DNA from: Thermofilaceae archaeon
GTDB taxonomy: Archaea; Thermoproteota; Thermoprotei; Thermofilales; Thermofilaceae
Assembly: GCA_038861545.1 (NCBI GenBank)
Contig: JAWCCZ010000002.1
Coordinates: forward strand, 96,001-160,000
Reading direction: 5' to 3'
DNA: 64,000 bases
Shown here: piece after piece, positions 1-8,870 of the stretch
Numbering within the stretch: the stretch's first letter is position 1
Layout: every line of letters starts with the position of its first letter
Notes under the pieces: model-generated
What the model saw: the letters and a program-made list of their open reading frames with translations, nothing else
Database searches by the model: none
What the model was told of the DNA's origin: nothing
Program-made: the position numbers and the translations under genes

Positions 1-221
1 ATGAAATCACCGAAAACATCTTTTCCCACAGTCCCACAAACGGCGATTTCGCTTGGAGTAGCCCCAAGCTTCACCAGATCTATTGCAATATTCGCTGGAT
101 GCCCACCTACAGTTAGCAGTATACCCCGAGGCGCGTAAACAAGTTCGCCAGGGTTAGCAATCCTATCTAGACCAGCGACAACTATATCGGCTACCAGGAA
201 ACCACATGCCAGAACCCTCAT
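1..221 (-). CDS. PfkB/ribokinase-family carbohydrate kinase, N-terminal part (runs off window start)
   Basis: Own translation from ATG at 221: MRVLACGFLVADIVVAGLDRIANPGELVYAPRGILLTVGGHPANIAIDLVKLGA...VCGTVGKDVFG; the GG..AN.A..L.KLG and G.VG.D.FG PfkB signatures are present. Confidence 0.85.
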   Translation of the reverse strand, partial: MRVLACGFLVADIVVAGLDRIANPGELVYAPRGILLTVGGHPANIAIDLVKLGATPSEIAVCGTVGKDVFGDF

Positions 222-384
222 CAAAGGTTTACTTACTTAAAGAGGCATAAAAACCTGCTACAATATAGCGCTTCGCTTTTGCCAAGTATTCGCGAGCCCG
301 GGTTACCATAGAGTTTTCACTCACCCGGTTTAGCCTACTAAATAACCGTTTAAGGCTTATTTACCAGCTGAAGCCTAAGGTCTC

Positions 385-1443
385 GTGAAGCCGGTTAAAG
401 AGAATGGAGAACGTTGGAGTGCAGAGCAGGTTTGGGCTTGGTACGCGAAGGCCGGTCCACTTAGGGGTTGCAACTATATACCTAGAACAGCGGTGAACCA
501 GATAGAAATGTGGCAGGGCGAGACATTTAACGAAAAAGTGATAAATGAGGAACTAGGCTGGGCCGAAGCTCTTCGACTCAATACTGTTCGCGTTTTCCTA
601 CATTACCTCGTCTGGGAAGCAGACCCTGAAGTTTTCAAAGAACGGTTGAACCACTTTCTAGAGATAGCTGCCCGGCATAACATAAGACCTATGATCGTGC
701 TTTTCGATGATTGTTGGAACCAAGAGCCGAAGCTGGGACTTCAGGATCCCCCTATCCCCGGCGTTCATAATAGCCGCTGGGCTGCGAGCCCGGGGCGCCC
801 CCGGGTTCTAGATAGGAAGGCATGGCCGAGACTCGAAGAATACGTGAAAAATATTGTGGGCTCGTTTGCTAAAGATGAACGTGTGCTCGCTTGGGATCTA
901 TACAACGAACCCGGTAACGCTGGTTTAGGTGAGAAAAGCTTGCCGTTAGTCGAATCCGCTTTCAAGTGGGCGAGGGAGGTAGAGCCTTCACAGCCGTTAA
1001 CCACAGGCTTGTGGGCTGATTTTAATGATCAAATGCATAAGCGTTTCGCCGAGCTTTCAGATATAATTACGTTCCACTCTTATGATCCTCCACAGACTTT
1101 CGAGACGAAAATTCGCCTGCTATTGGGCTACAAGCGGCCTATCCTCTGCACAGAGTTTCTCCGACGCCAAGTGGGAAATACTTTCGCGGCTATCCTTCCC
1201 ATCTTAACACGCTACCACGTAGGGTGGTACTTCTGGGGGCTTGTAGCGGGGAAGACTCAAACCTACTACGATTGGAGCTGTACACAGGAGACCCCTTGCT
1301 ATGCTCCACCCCGCGTATGGCAGCATGACCTACTCTACCCGGATGGCTCACCGTACAGTTTAGACGAGGTAAATGTGTTATTTTACTGGGCACAGGTTCA
1401 GGATACTGTATTCAAGTACCAGCAGCCTAAGGATCGCCCTTAA
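385..1443 (+). CDS. GH5-like (clan GH-A) glycoside hydrolase, cytoplasmic
   Basis: NTVRVFL, WDLYNEP (acid/base), ITFHSY, ILCTEF (nucleophile) motifs; no signal peptide. Confidence 0.85.
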   Translation: MKPVKENGERWSAEQVWAWYAKAGPLRGCNYIPRTAVNQIEMWQGETFNEKVINEELGWAEALRLNTVRVFLHYLVWEADPEVFKERLNHFLEIAARHNIRPMIVLFDDCWNQEPKLGLQDPPIPGVHNSRWAASPGRPRVLDRKAWPRLEEYVKNIVGSFAKDERVLAWDLYNEPGNAGLGEKSLPLVESAFKWAREVEPSQPLTTGLWADFNDQMHKRFAELSDIITFHSYDPPQTFETKIRLLLGYKRPILCTEFLRRQVGNTFAAILPILTRYHVGWYFWGLVAGKTQTYYDWSCTQETPCYAPPRVWQHDLLYPDGSPYSLDEVNVLFYWAQVQDTVFKYQQPKDRP

Positions 1444-1615
1444 GCCATTCTACATAGCTTATTGCCTCCCTAAGCCTCTCATATCTTACTCCGGTGAACC
1501 TCTTGAAGACCATAACTAAGTATACTGACATGTCTTTCAGCTCTTCCATGGCTTCCTCCAGCCCTAAGCCGCTGTGCAGGAAAGCTCTCAGAAAACATAC
1601 TTATGCTCGACTCAT
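1429..1615 (-). pseudogene. Possible small decayed gene remnant, family unknown
   Basis: Minus frame from ATG 1615 reads MSRA*VCFLRAFLHSGLGLEEAMEELKDMSVYLVMVFKRFTGVRYERLREAISYVEWLKGDP*; protein-like, with an in-frame stop at codon 5. Confidence 0.25.
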
Positions 1616-1686
1616 GCGTTAATAACATAAACAAGTAAATTTTTATCTAAAATAAAGAGGGGGCCAACGCCATATTTAATAAAAAT

Positions 1687-2688
1687 ATGTTAAGGGATTC
1701 TTCGATGACAGGAGATAGGAGATTAGCCTACCTTGTTATAGCATTTGTTCTCGGTGCAGCTTTCGCTGGAGCAGCTATCTACACAGTTTACACCACTGAA
1801 GTTTCCCGCCTCAGCTCTCAAGTGAGCCAGCTACACGCCCTTATAGAAGAATTGAGAGAAAAAGCATATGGGCCATTCCCTGAAGAGAAGCCGATAGCCA
1901 TAATTAGTGCTTTCAAAGGAGAGCTCGAGTACCTAGTCAAAGAAATCAACGTGACAGGAAGCTTGAAGATTCTCGAAGCGAAGCCTTGGAAGTTCTACTA
2001 CGGCGAGTACAAGGGAAAGAAGGTTGTCCTCTTCTACAGCGGCGTAGGTAAAACAAACGCGGCGGCAGCGACCGAGCTCTGCATAGCTAAATTCAGGCCG
2101 AAAGCCATAATTTTCTCGGGAATAGCTGGCGGCGTACCGGAGTTCGCAGACGTAGGCGATATAACTATCTCGAGCGCTGTGCTCCACCACGACTACGGGC
2201 TCGTGATACCGATCGGAGGGGTCCCCGGCGTGGAGTACCCGGCTACAGCTGACCTCGAAAGAGGCTTTGTGCCCAACCCGGTCCCGCTACCCCAGGGCAC
2301 CAGGATTCACATGTTAAACGCGACCCCGTGGCTTATCAGCCTAGCTCTCAACGCCAGCAGGATGGTCGACTTCGGTGTCGTACCCGGGACGAACAGGGCG
2401 CCTGCAGTGAGAGTGGGGGTTATAGTCACTGGCGACCAGTTCATAGCTTCAACCCAGAAGTGTGAGTGGCTCTACAGCGCCTTTAACGCTCTAGCCACCG
2501 AGATGGAGGGGGCTGCGGTAGCCCAAGTCGCCTATATTAACGATGTTCCCTGGGTGGTAATAAGGTGTCACTCGGATAGGGCGGACGAAGTCGCACAGGA
2601 AATAATAGCTGCCTTCTGGCAGTACGCCGCCGAAAACTCCGCTAAAATAGTTCTGAAGATACTTGAGATGTGGCCCCAGGATCGGTAG
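1687..2688 (+). CDS. mtnN: 5'-methylthioadenosine/S-adenosylhomocysteine nucleosidase with N-terminal membrane anchor and coiled-coil stalk
   Basis: GVGKTNAA, SGIAGG, GDQF, EMEGAAVAQVA, IRCHSDRAD motifs; hydrophobic N-terminal segment LAYLVIAFVLGAAFAGAAIY. Confidence 0.85.
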   Translation: MLRDSSMTGDRRLAYLVIAFVLGAAFAGAAIYTVYTTEVSRLSSQVSQLHALIEELREKAYGPFPEEKPIAIISAFKGELEYLVKEINVTGSLKILEAKPWKFYYGEYKGKKVVLFYSGVGKTNAAAATELCIAKFRPKAIIFSGIAGGVPEFADVGDITISSAVLHHDYGLVIPIGGVPGVEYPATADLERGFVPNPVPLPQGTRIHMLNATPWLISLALNASRMVDFGVVPGTNRAPAVRVGVIVTGDQFIASTQKCEWLYSAFNALATEMEGAAVAQVAYINDVPWVVIRCHSDRADEVAQEIIAAFWQYAAENSAKIVLKILEMWPQDR

Positions 2689-2917
2689 TAAGGTAAATTA
2701 CTGATTTTTTTCCTGCATACCTGACACCCAGTTGAAATGTTAAGGCCCAATTCTACACTTAGGAGGTGAACACACCCCTCTACTTGCTCTAGACGGTGCT
2801 GTTTTAGGCGTTCTACCCGTTGGAGTCCCTCAACTCTCTGAGAAACCCAGTATGTAAAGACAGGCTTCGCCCCCAACTACCATTTCACAAGCACCACTCC
2901 TGCGACAGTCCGTGCAG

Positions 2918-2941
2918 AAAGTTAACTAGTTAACTTTATAA
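2918..2941 (+). promoter_or_regulatory. Perfect 20-bp palindrome overlapping the BRE/TATA box of the RHH-DUF5678 gene (putative autoregulatory operator)
   Basis: AAAGTTAACTAGTTAACTTT (2918-2937) is its own reverse complement; TTTATAA at 2935-2941; GTG start at 2964. Confidence 0.6.
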
Positions 2942-2963
2942 CATGCTAACTTGTTTATTTAGT

Positions 2964-3365
2964 GTGAAGATCATCGGAGTGCGGGGTCTGGACGAGGAGC
3001 TGTACAGGAGGGTTAAGGCAGTTGCCGCGCTTAGGGGGGTCCGGCTTAGGGATGCGTTCGAGGAGGCGCTAAAGCTCTGGCTTTCTGTGAAACCCGAAGC
3101 CCTTGCCTCGGCAGAGGAAGTGGAGAGAGAAGCTGAGTTGAATAGGAGGGCTTTCAAGAAGCATCGCGGGGAACTTATAAAGGAGTATGAGGGATCTTAC
3201 GCCGCTTTCGCTGACGGGGAGCTCCTCGGGGTTTTCCCCACCTTCGAGGAAGCGGCAGCGGCCGTGGAAGCGGCAGGCAGCAAGCAGGGGGTTATCGAGC
3301 AGCTTACAGCGGCTAAGAGTAGAAGAGCCGAGGTGGAGCTGGGTTGGAGCTTGGTGGAGCTGTAG
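2964..3365 (+). CDS. RHH-like DNA-binding domain + DUF5678-like domain protein (putative antitoxin)
   Basis: N-terminal IIGVRGLDEELYRRVKAVAALRG..L....EEAL..W (RHH-like); C-terminal ELIKEYEGSYAAFADGELLG..PTFEEA (DUF5678-like); GTG 2964 preferred over ATG 2943 because of TATA spacing. Confidence 0.7.
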   Translation: MKIIGVRGLDEELYRRVKAVAALRGVRLRDAFEEALKLWLSVKPEALASAEEVEREAELNRRAFKKHRGELIKEYEGSYAAFADGELLGVFPTFEEAAAAVEAAGSKQGVIEQLTAAKSRRAEVELGWSLVEL

Positions 3366-3760
3366 TAAGGGGCTACTACAGCAGCACTGAGAGTCCACCC
3401 TCGCCGGTAATCCCCCTTGTGGTCTGCACGCCCACTGGCAGGGGGAGAGCCGAGGTAAAGGCTAGGGTGGATACGGGCTTCTCGGGCGCACTCCTCCTTG
3501 ATTTCGAGAAATACCTGGAGCTCGGCCTGCAGCTCTACGAAAAGGCGGAGAAAGCTTCTGGCTTGGTTGCGGGCGGCTTCCGCATCGAGTTGAGAGTTTC
3601 GAGAGGAGTCGTGGAGCTCGGAGGATTGCGCTTCCCCTGTGACGTTTACACGATGGTCTTAGCCAGAAGGGGCCTTATAGGCAGGGAACTACTAAATAAG
3701 TTCAAAACGACCCTGGACGCGCCCCGAGACGCAGTCATACTCGAAGCCGGGCATCGCTGA
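3344..3760 (+). CDS. Clan AA (retropepsin-like) aspartic protease
   Basis: ARVDTGFSG catalytic motif and C-terminal LIGRELL; GAGGTG SD upstream; overlaps the upstream gene. Confidence 0.85.
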   Translation: MELGGAVVRGYYSSTESPPSPVIPLVVCTPTGRGRAEVKARVDTGFSGALLLDFEKYLELGLQLYEKAEKASGLVAGGFRIELRVSRGVVELGGLRFPCDVYTMVLARRGLIGRELLNKFKTTLDAPRDAVILEAGHR

Positions 3761-3821
3761 GGCGAGAAGCCTGTACCCAAGCGATGGGTAGCTCCCTGCC
3801 AGTAGCTCCTCTGACCCTCGG

Positions 3822-3940
3822 CTAGGAAGAGTAGGTTCAGGAACTTTTGGGTAAGGCCTAGCCTCCCAGACAGCCGGTAAACCGCACACATACCGCGTAA
3901 GCCGTTCAACACCTATGCCGAACCCGGCGCTCGGCGACAA
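3822..3940 (-). pseudogene. C-terminal remnant of an AsnRS-like / archaeal asparagine synthetase A gene
   Basis: LSPSAGFGIGVERLTRYVCGLPAVWEARPYPKVP matches class II aaRS motif 3; restoring one G gives the natural-looking end PKVPGTYSS*; no upstream coding part. Confidence 0.7.
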
Positions 3941-4353
3941 TCTCAATAATTGTGGCGACGAGCAAAGGGTTCACATGCGTCTCAAGGCTTGCTCTCGTAA
4001 CTTTCGTTGAGATTATAGCTGGAAGATGTTTAGCTGACAAACCTGTGACGATAGCTCCTCACTCATGAGAGCTTGAAGTCACAAAGCTGCTCGTATAAAG
4101 TGATGCGTAACACCTTTACACACAGCAAATAAATGCCGCAACAGTCGAGCATGACAGCAGGGTCGAAGAAGAGCCGCTAGGTTGAAAGGGGATCCTCAAG
4201 TGCTTGGGCTCGAATTTCCATGCTTCAAAATGCTAAGGTATTTGGATACGCCGCGAGAAGCCGGAGCGTTCTCCTGCAAGCGTGGGGAAACACCCTAAAA
4301 AGGTGCCTAGAAGTCTTACGTTACCCTTTAATCGCTCGGTGGAACGGGGTTGT

Positions 4354-5076
4354 ATGCGGGTATTACATTTTCTCGGTCGATCTCTCCCAGAGACTTGGGA
4401 GACGGCGGTATCGGAGCTTTGGTTCTCCGGCGAAATCGTCGAGACCGAGTATGGTGAAAAGGCGAAGGAGGCGATGGCTGTTATAGAAGTTGCAGAGCCT
4501 TTTGCTGAGCCGCGCTTCCACCTGAAGGGCATCGTAGGGAAGGTTTCTGAGTACATCGCGGAAGTCGTGGAGGGCGTTCACGATGCAATGGTAGGGCAAT
4601 ACGGTTACACTTACCACGAGCGCTTGTTCAGTTATGCATCCCCTTTAGGCCCGGTAAACCAGATAGAGCGTATAGTTGAGAAACTTAGTAAAGCGTATTA
4701 CACACGCCGAGCGATTGCTGTAACATGGCAGCCATGGAGAGACCTGGAGAGCGAGCACCCACCCTGTCTAGTTTACCTCTGGTTCCATTCTTCTAACGGC
4801 GTAAACCTTAACGTGCACGCGCATATGAGAAGCAACGACGCCTTAAAGGCAGCTTTCATGAACATGCTCGCTTTCACAGCCCTCCAACAGCGAGTTGCTG
4901 AGCGGCTCGGTATGAGGGTTGGCAAGTACATACATACAGCCAGCAGCTTCCACATTTATGAGAGGGACTGGAAACACGCTGAGCACATCGCTAGGGCTGT
5001 CAAAGAAGGGAACAGCGGCGGCTGGCACCTCACTACGCAACAGTACTTGAAGCTCTTCGAGCGCGGCAATCGCTGA
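4354..5076 (+). CDS. thyA: Thymidylate synthase, archaeal ThyA-type
   Basis: YTYHERL, TRRAIAVTW, HPPCL (catalytic Cys), MRSND, N of MNMLAF, SFHIYE; ATG 4354 more likely than GTG 4282. Confidence 0.8.
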   Translation: MRVLHFLGRSLPETWETAVSELWFSGEIVETEYGEKAKEAMAVIEVAEPFAEPRFHLKGIVGKVSEYIAEVVEGVHDAMVGQYGYTYHERLFSYASPLGPVNQIERIVEKLSKAYYTRRAIAVTWQPWRDLESEHPPCLVYLWFHSSNGVNLNVHAHMRSNDALKAAFMNMLAFTALQQRVAERLGMRVGKYIHTASSFHIYERDWKHAEHIARAVKEGNSGGWHLTTQQYLKLFERGNR

Positions 5077-5290
5077 CGTATTACCCAAGCTGATTTACCG
5101 AGAACTTCGACCTTTCTCTGAAAAGCGAGTAGATTAGAGAGTAATTGCTAAGGGCAACGTTGCAGAGCGTAGCGAGTGGACGGATATCTTGGATATTTCA
5201 ATATACGACGAGGAACGGGCTTTAAGTGGAGAAAGCTTAAGCCTAGGCAAGCGGCTACTAAGGCTCCGCCAGCAGATATAAGTATGAGCC

Positions 5291-6169
5291 GTGCTTAGTT
5301 CGAGCGTGAAAGGAGAACGTTTCCTGAACCTGTACTGTTACAATAAAGAGCTACCACTAAACCCGGAAAAGGAACTCTTGAAGGAGGAAGACAAGTATAT
5401 CGCGTACATGTTACGGTACGACAGTATTGGTACCAGGGTGCCAGCGCTCCTCGCCTTACCTAGAGGGGAGGGGCCTCATCCCTGTCTCGTCTTCCTCCAT
5501 GGTCATGGTGGGAGAAAGGAGGATGGGTTATACGTGGCTGAAGCTGTTTCGCCTAGGGGCTACGCCGTTTTCTCGATAGACGCTCCCTGCCACGGAGAGA
5601 GAGGAGATCCAAGCGAGTATTTCAACCCAGACTTAGAGAAACTGAAGGGGAACTTTATACAGACGGTGCTGGACCTAATGAGAGGCTTAGACTATATTGA
5701 AAGCCTCAAGGAGGTGGATTCCAGCAGGATAGGTTACCTTGGCGGGAGTATGGGCGGGATACTTGGAGCCCTCTTCACCAGCCTAGATACTCGAGTTAAG
5801 GCTTCAGTAATACTAGTCGGCGGTGGCGACCTACCCCTGTTGCTGTGGCTCAGCAAGCACCCAGCAGCAGAGCGAATTAGGAAAAGAATAACTAGCATGG
5901 GGCTAAGCTATGAGCAAATGGCCGAAATAACTGCTCCAGGGGATCCGCTGAACTTTATCCACCTTCACTCTCCACGGCCAATTCAGTTCCACTGTGGAAG
6001 ATACGACGAGATAGTGCCTGCAGTAACCCAGAAAAAGCTGGTTGAAGCTGCTGGGGAACCGAAAGAGGTACACTGGTATGATGCTGGGCACGCACTCCCC
6101 CTTGAAGCAGTTTCTAAGAGGGTCCTCGAATTCTTTGAGCAATACTTAAAACCTTTAAAATTGGAGTAG
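5291..6169 (+). CDS. Alpha/beta-hydrolase (esterase/thioesterase-like)
   Basis: LHGHGG, GGSMGG nucleophile elbow, GRYDEIV (Asp), AGH (His). Confidence 0.85.
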   Translation: MLSSSVKGERFLNLYCYNKELPLNPEKELLKEEDKYIAYMLRYDSIGTRVPALLALPRGEGPHPCLVFLHGHGGRKEDGLYVAEAVSPRGYAVFSIDAPCHGERGDPSEYFNPDLEKLKGNFIQTVLDLMRGLDYIESLKEVDSSRIGYLGGSMGGILGALFTSLDTRVKASVILVGGGDLPLLLWLSKHPAAERIRKRITSMGLSYEQMAEITAPGDPLNFIHLHSPRPIQFHCGRYDEIVPAVTQKKLVEAAGEPKEVHWYDAGHALPLEAVSKRVLEFFEQYLKPLKLE

Positions 6170-6435
6170 CGCACTCTTAGAGCTGACTTACAAGCTCTTA
6201 AGGGTTGGGAGGTAGTGTTAGGTTTGCCTAAAGGCAACTTCTACCCCGCAAAGAGAATATACAGGAACGCTGGGAAGTAATCGTTTCGATATATGGACCA
6301 CTTGTAGCTAAGGCGTTCTAATTTTATCGATAACTAGTTATAGGGATACGAGAAATGAAATAGAGGTCGACTTTAACGTAGGTGCTCTATAGTGTGATAA
6401 AGGATTTGTTACAAATTGTTATGCTAACCGCTGCT

Positions 6436-7434
6436 TTAAATATCTAGGTAGCTGTGCTCTCTATACCATTCTATAGTCTCGCTTAATCCGTTGCGTAAAT
6501 CATACTTCGGCTTGTAGCCTAGTTCTCTTTTCGCTTTCTCAACACTGTAAGCCCTGTCGGTAGTGACGGAGTCGACCAGCGCGGTACGGTGCATTAAGTT
6601 ACCCTCTCCGGTTGCTAGGTCGTAGAGTTCAAGGGGGGCTAAGAGCAGCTTCGCGAACGCTGGGGGCAGCCTTACGCGTGGCGGCCCTTTACGGGATATC
6701 TCGTGGAGGATCTGATAGACTTGGTTGTACGTATACCATTTGTCTTCACTTATAATGTAAACCTGGTTTACAGCCACATCCTTTTCTAAAGCAAGTACGA
6801 AGCCTTGCACTATATCTTTGACGTGAGCGAACTGTACAAGGTTTTCCCCCGAACCTATTTTGACCTTACTCGCTAAGCCCCCTTTAACGTAGCTTGTTAT
6901 GAACCAATAAGAGACGTCGTCGACATTCCTTGGCCCGTATATCCCTGAAGGCCTAATGATCGTATACTCTAGCCCGTTCCCGGCGAGACTTTCAACGGTT
7001 TTCTCTGCTCTAGCCTTCGACTTCCCGTACTCGAATTGCGGGTTTAGTGGAGCATATTCATCGCCGGGCGGGTTTTTAACGGGGCCTATGGCTTCCGTGC
7101 TACTGCAATATATGAAACGCTTAACGCCGTTGTCGAGCGCTGCGCGCGCCGTCCACTCAGTACCCTTCACGTTTACGAGTTCATAAAGCCCTTTCTTTCC
7201 GAAGAACGTGTAGTACGCCGCTAAGTGTACTACGGAATCTACACCCTTCGTCGCGGGACCGAGGGTTTCAGGCCTTGTCACATCGCCGACTACTAGCTCG
7301 ACTCCCAGTTCTCTCAGGAGTCTTGTGTCACTTGTCCTGCGTACAAGGGCTCTAACAGAGTAGCCCCTGCTAATGAGCTCCTCTGAAAGATGGCCGCCGA
7401 GGAAACCCGATGCTCCTGTAACTAGGATTTTCAA
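6436..7434 (-). CDS. Extended SDR, NAD(P)-dependent epimerase/dehydratase / 3-beta-HSD-like reductase
   Basis: TGASGFLG, HLAA, SSTEA, YGKSK, RPSGIYGP; TTG start overlaps the luxC-like stop (TTGA). Confidence 0.9.
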   Translation of the reverse strand: MKILVTGASGFLGGHLSEELISRGYSVRALVRRTSDTRLLRELGVELVVGDVTRPETLGPATKGVDSVVHLAAYYTFFGKKGLYELVNVKGTEWTARAALDNGVKRFIYCSSTEAIGPVKNPPGDEYAPLNPQFEYGKSKARAEKTVESLAGNGLEYTIIRPSGIYGPRNVDDVSYWFITSYVKGGLASKVKIGSGENLVQFAHVKDIVQGFVLALEKDVAVNQVYIISEDKWYTYNQVYQILHEISRKGPPRVRLPPAFAKLLLAPLELYDLATGEGNLMHRTALVDSVTTDRAYSVEKAKRELGYKPKYDLRNGLSETIEWYREHSYLDI

Positions 7435-8870
7435 CTTGACCTCACCCTGATGTATGCTGTGTAGGAGAGAAGCGGCGCCAGGTAGAACCCATCATAGGGT
7501 TCTACAGGGGTTCTCATGTAGCTCTCGCCTAGCGGCACAACGCGGTAAACACCAAGCAGGTGGAGTTTACCTGTAATCTCCCGAAGCGCTTCCCTGCTAA
7601 CAGCTACGGAAAGTGTTTGAACCCTATCTACGCCTATGTAAGCTGGATTCTTTGGTAAGTTCCTAGCCAACTCCATAGCCTCACCCAGCGACTCTACGAC
7701 TATAATTTCGAGGAACCTCCCCCTAGCGTGGAGTGGGATAATCGCGTTCTGCGGGAGCAAGCCGAGAGCGGATTTCCCCCTGTTGAGTACAACTGTCCAC
7801 GGGTTGCGGGGATCATTACTAGCGTAAACCTTAGCGCCCACGAGCTCTAGGCTCCTGCGTAAAACGAATAAGGGATAGGGGATGCTCTCCATGGTCAGCG
7901 GGTACTCCCTGCCCACTCTGTCGAGCGCCCCGCTAAGGGTGCCAGCGAACTCCAGGGCATCCCCATAGGAGCCGATGAAAGCCGCTTGAGTTGGGCTGCT
8001 GCAGAGCTGCTGCTCATAGAGGATCATTTCGAGCGCGAGCCTCTCTGCAACTTCTTTAGTCGCGTTTTCCGAGTCTATTACCGCGAAACCCGTCATAGGC
8101 CCGTTAACAACGAGCTTCGGGTGATGAGGGTTAAGCGACACAGCGCGGGTTATTACCGTCCTGCCAGGCTCTCCGCCCCAGTAGTTCACCACGCCTAACG
8201 GGGCTTTCTCAAGCATGCCCCGGAAGGTTTCGCTCTCGTGGGTGAAGTAGCTTACTAATAGAGCTTGTCTGATGAAGTTGTCCTCTGGTAGGTTTTCGAG
8301 CTCGCTGTAAACCTCCTTCACTGCCCTGAAGTTTGTCAGAGAGGGTCTAAGAACTGTAAAGTTGCCGATACTCAGCGAAATAGTCGCAGGTATAAGCGGT
8401 GGGATTAGAGAGTTACCTGAACCTATTACAAGAATCGGACCAGCCGGTAAGTTCCTGATGTACTCGCCTGGAACCACCTCTACAGGCTCCTCTAAGCTTT
8501 TCGAGCCGCCTATGAGCGTCGAGTCGAACAGTTTACGTATATTCTGTGGGTTAAGCACCTCCCCTGCGAGCCTCATTTCCAACTCTATCAGCGCTGAGCT
8601 GTAACCTGTAGCTTTGACTAGTTCCTCCTTCACCCAATCCAGCTTCCCAGCTTCAAGCTTCTCCCTCCATACATCTCCGAGAAGCTGTACAACTCTTAAC
8701 CTCTCCATTAAGGGTATGTTTGAGAGATTCTGCTGAAAATTCACGGCTTTGCCGAGTAAAGAGAAGATCCAGTCGTACTTAGGCTCGTAAAAGCTTAAAC
8801 CCTTGATAGCGACAGGGTTCAGATCCCCCTCCCTAACCCCCGGGTATAGGGGCGTAACTCCGCTGCTCAT
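7431..8870 (-). CDS. LuxC-like acyl-protein/acyl-CoA reductase (ALDH superfamily)
   Basis: G.ILVIGSGN, YWGG, NGP..GFAVID, YEQQLCSSP (catalytic Cys), VQTLSV, RVVPLGE...PYDG; ATG 8870 overlaps the luxE-like stop (ATGA). Confidence 0.8.
   Translation of the reverse strand: MSSGVTPLYPGVREGDLNPVAIKGLSFYEPKYDWIFSLLGKAVNFQQNLSNIPLMERLRVVQLLGDVWREKLEAGKLDWVKEELVKATGYSSALIELEMRLAGEVLNPQNIRKLFDSTLIGGSKSLEEPVEVVPGEYIRNLPAGPILVIGSGNSLIPPLIPATISLSIGNFTVLRPSLTNFRAVKEVYSELENLPEDNFIRQALLVSYFTHESETFRGMLEKAPLGVVNYWGGEPGRTVITRAVSLNPHHPKLVVNGPMTGFAVIDSENATKEVAERLALEMILYEQQLCSSPTQAAFIGSYGDALEFAGTLSGALDRVGREYPLTMESIPYPLFVLRRSLELVGAKVYASNDPRNPWTVVLNRGKSALGLLPQNAIIPLHARGRFLEIIVVESLGEAMELARNLPKNPAYIGVDRVQTLSVAVSREALREITGKLHLLGVYRVVPLGESYMRTPVEPYDGFYLAPLLSYTAYIRVRSS

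Noticed and set aside
1687-5076. Phage-like DNA hypermodification cluster (ThyA + nucleosidase)
   Set aside because: No kinase, glycosyltransferase, polymerase or viral genes; the genes are not in one operon
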